A stretch of 64,000 nt of DNA. Origin: Podarcis filfolensis (lineage: Eukaryota). A program made the translations under genes and the position numbers. The stretch is from the NCBI GenBank assembly GCA_964270895.1, contig OZ185438.1; one strand, given 5' to 3'. Positions within the stretch are counted from its first letter, which is position 1. Every line of letters starts with the position of its first letter. A model generated the notes under the pieces. The model made no database searches, was not told the DNA's origin, and saw nothing but the letters and a program-made list of their open reading frames with translations. Positions 1 through 12,884 of this stretch are shown here, in pieces.

Positions 1-139
1 CGGCAGGGAGGGAGGGAGAGGAGCTGCTTCCTTTGAAACCCAGGAAATTTAAGGGACAACCATCAATAAGGGACAGCAGCGGGACATGGCACTGGGATAA
101 GGGACTGACCCTCCAAATAAGGGACGCTTGACAGCTATG
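1..139. mobile_element. Right end of a non-autonomous hAT-type DNA transposon
   Basis: Ends in TTGACAGCTATG, the same terminal inverted repeat (TIR) as the complete element at 12789-12878; repeated AAGGGAC subterminal motifs. Confidence 0.7.
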
Positions 140-411
140 GCACCACACCTCAGCTATATTGCCATCTCCACATCTGCCAATCATTATCCCGTAATCTGCA
201 AAAGGGGAATGCCTCTTCCTGTTTCTGTAAGGAAGTGTCACTTCCTGTGTAAGTCACCTTCAGACTTTTAAGTATAAGATGAGGCATATACAAAGTAGTA
301 GTAGTAGTAGTCATAGACTGGACTTGATCTATCAGTACTGATGGACATGCAATAGTTAATGCATTTGAATTTGCAATTCTAATACTATTTACTTGGGAGT
401 AAGTCCCCTTA

Positions 412-772
412 GGGACGCGGGTGGCGCTGTGGGTAAAACCTCAGCGCCTAGGGCTTGCCGATCGCATGGTCGGCGGTTCGAATCCCCGCGGCGGGGTGAG
501 CTCCCGTCGTTCGGTCCCAGCTCCTGCCCACCTAGCAGTTCGAAAGCACCCCTAAGTGCAAGTAGATAAATAGGTACTGCTTTATAGTGGGAAGGTAAAC
601 AGCGTTTCCGTATGCTGCGTTGGTGCTGGCTCGCCAGAGCAGCTTCGTCACGCTGGCCACGTGACCTGGAAGTGTCTCTGGACAGCACTGGCCCCCGGCC
701 TCTTAAGTGAGATGGGCGCACAACCCTAGAGTCGGACGCGACTGGCCCGTACGGGCAGGGGTACCTTTACCT
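412..772 (+). mobile_element. Sauria SINE, full length
   Basis: tRNA-like head (GTGGCGCTGTGG...GGTTCGAATCC) and ACCTTTACCTT tail; flanked by a near-identical target-site duplication (TSD) TAAGTCCC(C)TTAG. Confidence 0.9.
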
Positions 773-795
773 TAAGTCCCTTAGAACATCATGTG

Positions 796-932
796 CAGGC
801 ATAGGCAAACTCCGGCCCTCCAGATGTTTTGGAACTACAATCCCATCATCCCTAGCTAACAGGACTAGCGGTCAGGGATGATGGGAATTGTAGTCTCAAA
901 ACATCTGGAGGGCCAGAGTTTGCCTATGCCTG
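796..932. mobile_element. Palindromic hAT MITE
   Basis: TIR CAGGCATAGGCAAACT / AGTTTGCCTATGCCTG; perfect 8-bp TSD ATCATGTG (788-795 and 933-940). Confidence 0.9.
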
Positions 933-979
933 ATCATGTGGATTCACTTCCTAATGGACACAGAGGATTATGCTGCAGT

Positions 980-1030
980 TATTATTATTGTTGTTGTTGT
1001 TGTTATCATCATCATCATCATCATCATCAT
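980..1030. repeat. Compound trinucleotide microsatellite (TTA)n(TTG)n(TCA)n
   Basis: Seen directly in the sequence. Confidence 0.9.
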
Positions 1031-1174
1031 CCCTGATGGGACACAAGGCAGTTTACAGATTATTAGCAAGTATAATCTCTGCAAATTTATTTATTCCTAG
1101 GCCACCATTCATCCAATGGATTCTAAGACTGCATACAATAAAGACAAGAATTTATAAACAGTCAAGTTATGCAC

Positions 1175-1322
1175 ACACCATCCATTTAAAGCACATGATT
1201 TCCTCTAAAGAATCCTAGGAACTGTAGTTTGTTATGGGTACTGGGAACTATAGTTTTATGGGAGATAAACTACAGTTCCCAGGATTCTTTGAGGGAGGCC
1301 ATGTGCTTTAAATGGATGGTGA
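1175..1322. mobile_element. Palindromic MITE
   Basis: CACCATCCATTTAAAGCACATG ... CATGTGCTTTAAATGGATGGTG inverted ends with an internal hairpin. Confidence 0.65.
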
Positions 1323-4037
1323 GTACACAGCCATTGTAAGTATATAATAGTGGAAAATGATACTGAGTACCTCAGCTTCTCTCATATTGATTATCCTTAC
1401 TCACCCTCACTGTGGACTCAGCTAGATTGGTAAAGAAAAAAAGACTTATATGTGTTGCGTATGCAGTATAACATTGTGCCACCAGATGGCACTGTGGACT
1501 CTCTACCTGTTTTCCCTGTTTCAGTTTACCATGCATTTCTTTGCTGTGTTTAGATCCAGCCTGTGTGTTTCTAATAGATGCCCCAGATCTTTCCAAGGTC
1601 ATAATAGCCACACAACTCGCCAAGTATGGAAGATAACCTAAGGGCATAATAGTTAACTTGCTGCTGCTAAGTGACACAATGATAGAACGTCAATACTTTT
1701 CCTATTGCTCTGCTGTCAGTCAACGGACACAGTGATTTCATTATGTGGTTAATTGTGTTTTGTTCCTTTTGAAAGGCTGTGAGCCTCAAGTTACACAACA
1801 CTTTAACATAACACCTTTCAGTGTTAAAGTCAGTTTGCATTGGTTCATCCCGTGGCCTGCTGCTATGGACAGCAAGATAGGCCACAATCCATGTTAAGTT
1901 GTGGGCGAAAATAGCAGATGACACAGCGATTTCTCCAGAGCAGCTCTTTATTTGTAAGCTGGACAGAACTGAACTGCAAACAGCTCAGCCGGCCTGCTTT
2001 TATAGGCAGCCGGCTGTCAACATTGTAGCAACAACAATCCAGGGTTTCCCGCCTAAAATAACTGACGTGGACCTGAGTGAAAACTATCTACAGCATCCCC
2101 CTGCTGGCCCAGGGTGAGAACTTCAGTACATAACAATCCACAAATTGGAATTGCCCTATCAGGAACAAGTTGGGGGGTGGAGCCTGGGCAACGGCCAGAC
2201 CAAAGTGGGGAAGTTTTCACTCTGGTCCACCACCTGGAAATAAAAGGCTGCACCTGAGCACAGTACCACAGTCTGCTGAAGAGCAGCCCACCCACCTTTC
2301 CTCTATGCTGTTGTTTAACTTGATTGCTAACCTTGTTTGCTTCCTTGAGCCCAGTGTAAATTGTGCTATAGTTTAACAATAGCTGCCGTATTTGGATCCT
2401 GGAAGGAATATGCCTGCAGACACATTTAGAGGTTTTGCCTTCCTCATAGCAAAAGTCACAACTTTTGGTGGATAAGGCATTAGGGTAGAATCCTTAGTTC
2501 AATACCGGGCTGGGGTGAAGTAGTGCATCACCCACCCCCCAGCATCAAGCAGAAGGGATCTCATTGGAAGGGTCTCAGTGGAAGTCTCTGTCCAGAAGCC
2601 AAACTTGGGGCAGAGAGGCTGTAGAGCTTCTAATAGCAGCCATCTCAGTAGATCCTTGTCTGGAGGAGGCTTCAGTCCCAGGTATGACCTTGCTTAAGCT
2701 TCAGCCCTTGGCTGATCATGGGCAGCGGCAGAGAAAACCTCTCCGGCACCTGGGGCGGGACACTGAGGGGCGGGGTGCACTGCCCAGCAGCACCCATATG
2801 GACTGTGCATGCGTGGCACCCGTACGGATGGCGCTTGAATGGCATTCCATACCCTCGGCCGCTCTACAGCTGGGGGGGGAGGCAGCAGACTATCTTGTCA
2901 CCCCCCCCCAGGGTGGCACCCAGGGCAGACCACCCCCTGTCCCCTCCTTCGTATGCCCCTGATCATGGGTATACATGCAGTGCCTGAGCCAAAGCCTCCC
3001 AATTTTAAATCCTATAACGTCTTGTCTAGTTTGTTTACACCTATTGTGCCTTTGCCTTTGCCCAGTAAGATGAAAGGCGCTGTGAGTGGATCCGCAACAA
3101 CATTTGGAACAACATTTTTAGTCTGGGGGAAAAGACAAGGAAGGAAGGAGTCTGTTTTCCTAATTACTCCAGAGTTTGCTGTCCTGGGATGTTTTGGACC
3201 CCATCAGCTCCAGCCAGTGTGGCCAATATGGATGTAATACTGTGTTTATTTTATCACACAATGACTGTGCAATCTTACTTCTTCCTTAAAGGTTAACATG
3301 TTGCTTAACATAAGCATGTGACCTGTCGCTTACTGTTAAGGTTTACTTGTTAGGTGAGTAGTCACTGCAGAATATTAAAAGTTAAAATATGCAGCGGGTT
3401 AGCAGTCGTATGACCAAAAGGAAATAATATTGCTCAGAGTTTGGCTTCCTTTCTCCTTTCAAGTTCAATCAAGAAGGTCAACCTTCCATTTTCACATAAG
3501 ATCAAAAACCTAGTCTCTGTAATCTTTAATCAAATATGGTTTTCACCATTCCTTGAAGTAACCAAGAAAGCTTCCTTGTTTACATGCCACTGTGAAACTA
3601 AATCCCTTTAAATCAGATATAAATCAGAATAGAATGAAGTCTGAGTTCAGAAGATCTGTGTGTGGCACAAATTTTCTATTCCCCTGTGCAACGCATTTCT
3701 AAAGGTGGAACAGCGTGTGATCTTTGCCCTTGGTTCTCTGCCAAAATAGCAGGCAGGTGAGTTGGGGAAAGGTGGTACAAGGAAGTGAGAATGCTTAATT
3801 CGTTCTGTGCCTGCCAATTCTCCCCTTCCCAGCTCTTCCACACACACACTGCAGCCAGCCTTTTATAGCTGTGTAAAGTTTTGGTAGAGAAATAGGGAGT
3901 CTTTTAGGCCACATCTGCACTGTGCAGTTACAAGCTACCCCATGAGTGGTGCAAGATTCCAGGGGTTTCAGGCAAGTGGTTGTGTTTCCATTGGCAGTAT
4001 TGAGGCACAGCAGAGGTTTAAGAAATATGGGGGTTCT

Positions 4038-4637
4038 TTGTTGTTGTTTAGCCATTTAGTCATGTTGGACTCTTCGTGACCCCATGGACCAGAGCACGCC
4101 AGGCACTCCTGTTTTCCACTGCCTCCCGCAGCTTGGTCAAACGTATGTTCTTAGCTTCGAGAACACTGTCCAACCATCTCGTCCTCTGTCATCCCCTTCT
4201 CCCTGTGCCCTCAATCTTTCCCAACATCAGAGTCTTTTCCAGGGTGTCTTCTCTTCTCATGAGGTGGCCAAAGTATTGGAGCCTCAGCTTCACGATCTGT
4301 CCTTTCAGTGAGCACTCAGGGCTGATTTCCTTCAGAATGGATAGCTTTGATCTTCATGCAGTCCATGGGACTCTCAAGAGTCTCCTCCAGCACCATAATT
4401 CAAAAGCATCAATTCTTTGGCGATCAGCCATCTTTATAGTCCAGCTCTCACTTCCATACATCACTACTGGGAAAACCATAGCTTTATCTATATGGACCTT
4501 GGTCAGCAAGGTGATGTCTCTGCCTTTTAAGATGCTGTCCAGGTTTGTCATTGCTTTTCTCCCAAGGAGCAGGCGTCTTTTAATTTCGTGACTGCTGTCA
4601 CCATCTGCAATGATTAGGGAACCCAAGAAAGTAAAAT
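4038..4637 (-). mobile_element. RTE-BovB LINE, 3' portion (runs into the gap)
   Basis: Minus-strand translation EIKRRLLLGRKAMTNLDSILK...IDAFELWCWRRLLRVPWTA is BovB RT C-terminus; (CAA)n-type tail. Confidence 0.9.
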
Positions 4638-4776
4638 NNNNNNNNNNNNNNNNNNNNNNNNNNNNNNNNNNNNNNNNNNNNNNNNNNNNNNNNNNNNNNN
4701 NNNNNNNNNNNNNNNNNNNNNNNNNNNNNNNNNNNNNNNNNNNNNNNNNNNNNNNNNNNNNNNNNNNNNNNNNNNN
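4638..4776. other. Assembly gap (139 N)
   Basis: Run of N. Confidence 1.
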
Positions 4777-4799
4777 AAAGTAGCAGTCAGTCATGGCTC

Positions 4800-5160
4800 C
4801 TGGTCTAAACCACTGAGCCTCTTGGGCTTGCCAATTGGAAGGTCAGCGGTTCAAATCCCCGCAACGGGGTGAGCTCCCGTTGCTGTGTCCCAGCTCCTGC
4901 CAACCTAGCAGTTTGAAAGCACGTCAGTGCAAGTAGATAAATAAGTACCACTGCAGCGAGAAGGTAAACAGCATTTCTGTGCGCTCTGGTTTCTGTCACG
5001 GTGTTCTGTTGTGCCAGAAGCGGTTTAGTCATGCTGGCCACATGACCCAGAAAGCTGACTATGGACAAATGTGGGCTCTTGGCCTGAAAGCGAGATGAGC
5101 ATCATGCCCCATAGCTGCCTTTGACTGAACTTAATCGTCCAGGGCTCCTTTACCTTTTTT
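4800..5160 (+). mobile_element. Sauria SINE, diverged
   Basis: Colinear similarity to 412-772 (GGTGAGCTCCCGT...AAGTAGATAAATA...CCTTTACCTTT). Confidence 0.85.
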
Positions 5161-8140
5161 TTAACCTGCAGCCTCCTCCAGCCACATGGAGTTCTGTCCC
5201 ACCCAGCAACTCATGGAGGTCTGGCCTTTGCTCTCCTTCTTCCTCCCAGCACACCCTTAGATTTTTAAAAGGGGGGAAAGTCCCTCAGACACCACACTCC
5301 CACCATCGCCTTGGCAACCTGTCAATTCTTCTGTCTCTGTCCACTGGGGGTGTGTGTGTGGAGAGGACAGTTCTTTTGCATTGCCAGTGGCCCTTAATGG
5401 TACTCCATTGTTCCGTAATGGCTCTGCGCTTAGCTAGCCATCTGGTTAGCGTAGGCTAATGGAGGAATTCCTCTGCAACTTGTATTTTCTCTTCAAGATC
5501 CCAATATTATCTAGATTCTGTCAGTCATTAATTTCATGGGTTAGGGAGGGGTCTTCCCTCCTCACATTCAAAGCTGTGAATTTAAAAGTACATTATGATA
5601 CCACTTTAACAGACATGGCTTTCCCCCAAATAATCTTGGAAACTGTAGTCTGTTGAGGGTGGTGGGAGTTGTGAGAATCCCCTAATTGTTAAACCACTCC
5701 TCAAATTGTAGCTCTGTTAAAGCGGTATCACAGTGTAGAAGTGGCCTCAGCTTTCTGGAGTGAATAGACTATTAGAGTGGAGCACATTTCAGTAGCATGG
5801 GTTCATGTTGATTTAAGGAACATGTAATGCATCTTTAAAACTGAATCCTAAGACTGTGACCTGCCTGGTACTTGATAACTTCTCTGCCCCCAGGTTTGGC
5901 AGTCCCAGGCAGACAACAACATTACGTAGCATCACACCCTTCTATATGGACAGCCATAGATGGTTGGTATGATGCATTCAACTCAGTGGGTCACAAATTG
6001 TGCAGGATGACTTTCAAATCCCTACTGAATCCAGAGATGAGGCAGCTACAGTTTCTCTTGCCTGCTCTGTCCCTCCTCCCTCTGCTATAGTGAGCAGGGC
6101 ACCAGGTGTGCCACACTGCAGATGAGGGAGAAATACAGGCAAGAAAACTCATCTCCTCACTCAGCTCAGTGTGGAATTTAAAGGTTTGCAGGCAGCAATC
6201 CTAAACAAACCCTGGTTTGGTGATGTATAAATTACTCAGTTTTGTGGGGAGCACTGCAAAATGCAGCAAAATAATTGCTAAACCTTGGCCCCAGTTTGGA
6301 AGGGACCCCAAATGTCAGGGTTTTGTAGTTGGGCAGGGTGGAGACAGTGTTGTGCCATTGTACTCTCCTTTCCACACATTATGTGAAAAAACCTCAAGGT
6401 AGCCAGAGAAGGAGAGTGAATGGCTTGACCTCTCCAGAAGAGTCACCCGCCAGCAAGTCTGTCCATGCTGTGCAGCTTTGAAACCGTATACTGGGCAACT
6501 GGGTTGAGAGCAAACCTCTAGCAGGCCATAAATTAAGACAGGAAATGCCACAGCTTGCTCGTGGCTCATACAGGCATGAAACGTGAATCCCTTGTGGTGA
6601 TCCATGGCAACCTCGTGAATCAGGTTCTCTGTAAGACGCCTGGGTATGCAGCATTCCCTGCCACTCTACTTCCCTTTCAGCTCCGGTCTTGCTCAATTGT
6701 TTTTTAGCATAACTGCCTCTTTTTTCTCACATGAATCCTTTGATTTATCTCTGCAGGGCCTCGAGTGAAGGGAATGCTATCTTGTTAGCTCTGTTGGCAC
6801 TGTAAACAACACGAGTAAGAGCGTGTTACCAGTTGCTAGCAGCTCTAGCTTGAAAGGTATGCCTTGAAATACAAACAAAGCAATTGTGACATTGTTGCAG
6901 GCTTAGATGCGGTTACATCCTCCCTGCTTCCTCAAGTGGTGTGAAGTTGGGGAGGCAGTGCTCACCTGGGCTTGGCTTCCTCTAAATCACTAGAGACTTG
7001 TGGTGTTCTTTGTGATATTTGGGTTTAAGCACAGGTAGAGATGGACGGCTAGGCACATTCACAAGCAGCAAATTCCACACCAGATCTCTAGAGAGAGGCA
7101 TCTCTTCTCATACCCCATACCTTCAGCCTTTTAGTTCAAAGCTCTCTTTGATTCTCTTCCAGCCTGTTGCACTGCAGTTTTTCTGTGTCATTCTGAAACC
7201 CGCTTCTTCTGTCCCAGTGGCTTACAGATTTCAAGGCCTATCCTAAGATATTTGTTGGGGAGGAGAGAATCATAGAATTGTAGAATCATAGAATTGTAGA
7301 TGGGATGGACCACGAGGGTCATCTAGTCCCTGAGATTAAGAGTCTCATGTTCAACCAACTGGAAGGGTGTGTCACTTTCTCCAAAATGACACTCATGTTT
7401 CGGGCATACCTGGTAGATATTAGTGCCTAACGTGTTGGGCAGTATGCCTGAGCCGTAAAGGAACATCAACCATTCATTGTGTCCCCCCCCAAAAAACTTC
7501 TTTTTCTTCTAACTACACCCACAGCCAAAGTTACATACACATATGCACACAGTGTGTAGCATAATGACAATGAAGCACTGCTTCACTGAGCCACATTAAA
7601 GCAGTCACACATATAAGAATATAAGCTCTCAACATGCCAAAGATTATTATTTTTTCATCTCCAAGATAGCACTGCCTGGACCTCTGTATTTAGCACTGCA
7701 GATGTTACAGAAGTGTACCGATGAATCTGTGCTAAGTTCAGGAAAACACTACAGTATTTGTGGAACATATGCCTGCTGTGAAGCACTGTTAAACTGAAAG
7801 ATTTAGATTCATCTGTAGGCAGTATAGGGGAAAGGCATGTTTCACATATTTTCTCCTCATCCACAAAAATGATGCTGATATATGTGTGTGTGTGACTGGG
7901 TTTTCTGTTTTGTTTTTAAATTGGTTTTATACATACAATTTTATATTGCACTGTACAAGTTTATATTGTTTTTGTAAATAGTTTTGACAATAATGATCAG
8001 GGATGATGGGAGTTGTAGTTTGACAACAACTGGCAGGCCACTGGTCCCCTACTCTAAAATTGAAATCAGTGGAGAAGTCCAGTATGCAGACTGAAATTAA
8101 AGGACAGAGGACTCAGCTAGACTGGTAGAGAAAAAGCTAT

Positions 8141-8400
8141 TTACCATATTTTTCGCTCTATAAGATGCACTTTCTCCTCCTAAAAAGTAAGGGAAAATGT
8201 GTGCGTCTTATGGAGTGAATGCAGGCTGCGCTGCTAAGCCAGAAGCCAGAACAGGGAGAGGGAGTGCTGCGCAGCGCTCCATCTCGCTGTTCTAGCTTCA
8301 GGCTTTGCTGCGCAAAGCATCCGCAAGGCAGCAGGGTGCCTTCATCCCGCTGCCCTGCAGAGGCTTCACGGAAGCCAGAACAACGAGACGGAGCGCTGAA
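8141..8400. mobile_element. TcMar (Tc2-like) non-autonomous fragment
   Basis: Begins TA-CCATATTTTTCGCTCTATAAGATGCAC, similar to the terminus of the element at 37581. Confidence 0.55.
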
Positions 8401-9660
8401 ATTGATGTGTGCCTAGTTCTTTGCTCTCTGCATGCAGCTATGCTTGTCGCTTGACATTTCCTAGTGCAAGCACTGCTTTGGTCTATTTTTCCTGGCCTAG
8501 ATCAACAAATACTCTGCACATGCACTTTCCTCTTGGGTGCTCTCCAACCTTTTGGCTGACTCCAGGATTCCGACCTATCTACTGGGTGTGGGGGAAGAAA
8601 AGGAACTGTAGGCAAGTACTGGGTAAAGCATATACTGTACATCTCCTAGGATACTGTAACTGAGCCATACAAAGTTGCTGTTGACATAATGAGCCTGGAG
8701 AGAAAAGAATGATTGTGGGTAATAGACAACCAAACACGTAAGCCAAGATGACCTTAGTAGTCAAACAGGAAAATAATTTTCAACAATATATGTTGGCAAG
8801 ATAGGAAGCAGCAGTCCTGGAAGTTGCATGGGTGAAAATCAAGCTCATAGCCAGATGGTCCCAGTGGGTGCTCTGCTCCACCTGAAGCATTGATTTGCAA
8901 ATGATTCCCCCCCTTTTTTTTAAGAATAGTTTTTTTTTTCTAGGCAGGGCCAGACATCAATGAGAGCTTTTACCCCTATAGAAGAAGTTGTACTATTGCC
9001 TTAAGGTGGATTGTATAGGATTACTATCATGATAATGAAATGTAAGTGATCTTGGAAAACAAAACCCCTCTATGTTGGTGACTGGGGACTAGGAGTGACT
9101 GAAGGAAGTTGTTGTTTATCTGAGAAAGTATTAGTAATGACAGGAACAAGATATTGCATTTTTTTTAAAAAAAGTAAAAAATGAACAAGCCTAAAGCACA
9201 ATCAATAAAATGCAGTGCTGTGTCTTCAGGGCAGGACTTGGGGGCAGACATCCAGGGTTCCACTTAGCTGTATGACCAGGAGGGTCCCCAAAGCACCACG
9301 GCTGGCTTACCACATTTTGGAGTGAGTGACGTAATAGATTTTTCCACCTAAAGAGGACAAACACCCCTAAGGACATGAAGTCCAGAGTCTAATATTACCC
9401 AACTACAGGACTGAATAAACAAGCAGAGGTAATGGGAGAAAAACAAAGAGACCACACTAGACCAACATTTTCTTTTGAATTGTTTCAGTTGCAGTGCAAA
9501 TCCAAACACATCTACTAAGGAGGAAACACAACCACAACTGAGTTCAGTGGTACTTATTCCCATCCAAGGATCTATTGGGTTGCACTTTTGTTCACTCTCT
9601 TTCCCCCCTCTTTTTTTTAAATATACAAACAGGTAAACACAAATATTTCACATACGCTAC

Positions 9661-10326
9661 TGTTATGAGAAAAAACTGCTGCTTTTCCCTTATGGGGTAC
9701 CCAAGAGCCCATATAGAGTCCTTTTGTAGGTTCTCTATCGGTAGGAGAAAATAACAGAGACCAACCAGGGAATATTGAGAAGCAAAGCAGCTAGTAAGCA
9801 TGATCTTTATTAAACAGTTGCAACAGGGTGCTCCCCCACCCACGTAGGAGGAAAGAGGAACCCAGAACAAAGGTGTGCCCACCCTTATATAGACTTTTTA
9901 AATTGCCCACCCTCAAACTCCAGACCACCCCCAGAAACATCATACATACATCACAGAAGGGGCGGGCTACAACAGAAATCTTGAGTGCATTGTTTTTTTC
10001 TCTTGTCTGCTAGGTTGCTTGATTGGATTACCTGGGCATCCTGGCCACTCTTTTGTTACTAAATTCCTGAATCCAGGTCACAGGTCACCCAATTCATATC
10101 TTAAATGTGCCCTTAAGACAGGATTTGTGAAAGAGACAATGGAGAGATTTCCCATTTCCTCCACCTTGCAGAGAAATATTTGACGTCATTTTGGGAGAGA
10201 AAAAATGGTTTCAGGACTTTTCTGTGGGTTTCAGACATGTGGTTTACATATTTGTATGTGTTTGCTTGATACATTTATGAACATCTATTTTATATATATA
10301 TATAAGACCTTAAAATTCTTATAACA
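9661..10326 (-). mobile_element. Solo LTR (ERV-like)
   Basis: TGTTAT...ATAACA inverted ends, perfect 4-bp TSD CTAC, minus-strand TATA-like motif and AATAAA. Confidence 0.8.
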
Positions 10327-10334
10327 CTACTAAC

Positions 10335-11450
10335 ACCAATTACATACATTAAAACACCCTTGTGACTTCCCTCCACCAACATTTGCCTTCTTTTGTACAG
10401 TATTATTGTATTTCACATTGCAATTTATATCTTTATTTCTTAACTTTCTTAACTTACTATTATTTATTCTTACTCGGCTTTACAAGCATTAATCCAAACA
10501 TATCAGCATATTATTTTTTGAGCAGAGTGTGGACATATAATCTTCAAACCATTTCCACTGTAGTTTTAATTTCTGATTTGATTGGTACCTTATTACTGCA
10601 GTTAGTTTTACCAATTCTATAAACTTAGCTAATTTGTGTATCCATTCCTCCTTTGTGGGTACCGGTAAATATTTTCCTTTCCAATTTTTCGCGAGAAGTA
10701 ACCTTGCTGCGGCAGTCACATATAAAAATAATGGGTTCCTATCTTGAGGTATTTCTTTACCTATTATACTCAGTAGATATACCTCTGGTTTTTTCTCTAA
10801 AGTAAATCTGAGCATCTTTTTTTATTTCCTCATGTATTATACCCCCCCTTTTTTTTACTTTTCCACAGCCCCACCATAGATGTATCAATGTGCTCTCTGC
10901 CTCCTCAGATTTCCAGCATAAATTGGAGTTTGATTTGTATATTTTGGCAAGTTTTACTGGGGTCATATACCATCTGTAAAACATTTTCATTATGTTTGCT
11001 TTTGTAGTATAGCATGCAGTAAATTTTATATCATTCTTTAACAGCCTTTCCCACTGCTCCAGTTGTACTACATACCCAGTGTCCTGTGCCCATTTAATCT
11101 GTACTTCTTTTACTTGTTCATCCTTTAAACTCCATTCCAATAATAAATCATAAACTTTTGGTAATAATTTTTATTACTTCCTAATAAAACTTTTTTGTAA
11201 TAACAAATCTTCTTTTCCAAATCCTCGTTTTTTATCTGAGTAAAAGATGTTGCTTAATTGATGATATTGGAGCCAGTCTTTGATATAATACTTTATTTCC
11301 ACAAATGGTTTTCAACTTTGGTTGTCCCTGGTCCTCCCTTAATAATTGACTATATGTTCCCCAATTTCCTGTCATATTTAGTTCTTTAACTGAAAAGGCC
11401 TCTAGTGGTGATAGCCATTGTGGTGTGTACTCTCAATACTCTCTCTTTTC
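10335..11450 (-). mobile_element. L1-clade LINE ORF2 3' region, frameshifted
   Basis: Minus ORFs 10757-11140 and 10489-10815 (KMFYRWYMTPVKLAKIY...CWK...HLWWGC; AAARLLLAKNWK) match the L1 ORF2 C-terminal Cys/His region. Confidence 0.85.
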
Positions 11451-12088
11451 ATTTATCTTTATTTGGGGAAAGGAACATTTTCCAAACCTTTTGGGCAACC
11501 TTCAAGGGACCACTTATCTGCAGAGGGTGGGGGTAGAGGCAAAAGTGGGTGGAGCCAAAAATTCAAATAGCAGCCTCTGGGGAGGGAGCTGTTAATTGTC
11601 AGGGTTGCAGTGGGGGGGTGTTAACCCTCTCTTTTTCTCTTGTGGTCCCCAGAATATTGCTCCTCTGAAACTGGCGTCTGAATTGGGGGATCTAAACTGG
11701 AGGAAGATGCAGATGTGGTATAGGAGCAGCCTAGACTTTTCTGGACCTTTCTGAATATGGGGGCGTATACAAATTTTGTGTTGATATTATTGCCTGATGA
11801 TTTTCATAGTGGTTTGTTCCAGCAACTGTAGGAGAAGCAATATACAGAGTTGCCTTCAGGGAATGGCAAGCTGAGGCATTTGTTGGATACCCAAGGACCC
11901 GCTGCACCCAAAGTACAATCATCATTTGTTTTCATTGAGCAACCAAAAAAACCCCTTATAGATTACATGAGCACATTTTGGGTTTGCAGAGCTTGTTTCT
12001 TCCCTGTTAACAGGGTCAGCTGAGGCTATCTTATCTAAGAGTCCCCAAATCCACAATAGCATAGCATAGGCTACAGTGCTATGCATGC

Positions 12089-12255
12089 TTAAAGGTAAAG
12101 GTAAAGGGACCCCTGACCATTAGGTCCAGTTGTGGACGACTCTGGGGTTGCAGCGCTCATCTCGCTTTACTGGCTGAGGGAGCTGGCGTACAGCTTCCGG
12201 GTCATGTGGCCAGCATGACTTAGCTGCTTCTGGTGAACCAGAGCAGTGCACGGAG
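12089..12255 (-). mobile_element. Sauria SINE, 3' half
   Basis: Starts AAAGGTAAAGGTAAAGG (reverse complement of the SINE tail); GGTCATGTGGCCAGCATGAC core. Confidence 0.8.
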
Positions 12256-12788
12256 TGCATGCTTACTTGGGAGTAAAGCCCTTTGAACACAATGGGACTT
12301 ACTTCTAAGTAAACATGGACAGGTTAGAATTGCAGGTCATTATTATCCCCATTTAAAGGTGTGTGTGTTTTTAATCATGAGCAACAGTATGATGCCATGG
12401 GGTGAGCTGTAATAATAATCTAGTTCTCCTAATTCACAGTCGGCACACTCACTTGATTACATCAATCTCTCAAACTTGATGATTTTTTGAGGGGGAAAGC
12501 GGGTCATGTTGTTTCCCCTGCCACTGCCTACTATCAGTGAACTTGTCCCTAGAAAAAGATGTTATACTAACTCAACTTTGTTCAAGTAATGCATAACTTG
12601 CCTGGGGTGGGTCCCACTGAAAGGAGGTAACTGGATGCACACAGTCTTTTATTATATTTGCGTTTATTTACAAATATACAAGCTGAACATAGGTGCAGGT
12701 TTACAGCTTTGAACACTTCAAGAGATAAGCAGAGGCCAGTGCTTCTATATCAGATCTCCAGAGAAGCAGCTGCTCCAACTCCAATTCT

Positions 12789-12878
12789 CATAGCTGTCAA
12801 CGTTTCCCTTTTTTTAAGGGAAATTCCCTTATTCCAAATAGGATTCCTCGCAAGAAAAGGGAAAAGTTGACAGCTATG
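12789..12878. mobile_element. 90-bp hAT MITE
   Basis: TIR CATAGCTGTCAA / TTGACAGCTATG; perfect 8-bp TSD CCAATTCT. Confidence 0.92.
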
Positions 12879-12884
12879 CCAATT

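Noticed and set aside
412-500. tRNA-like A/B boxes here and at ~39185
   Set aside because: They are heads of tRNA-derived SINEs with SINE bodies and tails, not tRNA genes.
1892-2378. TGTTAA...TTAACA-bounded segment resembling a solo LTR
   Set aside because: No matching target-site duplication and no second copy in the window.
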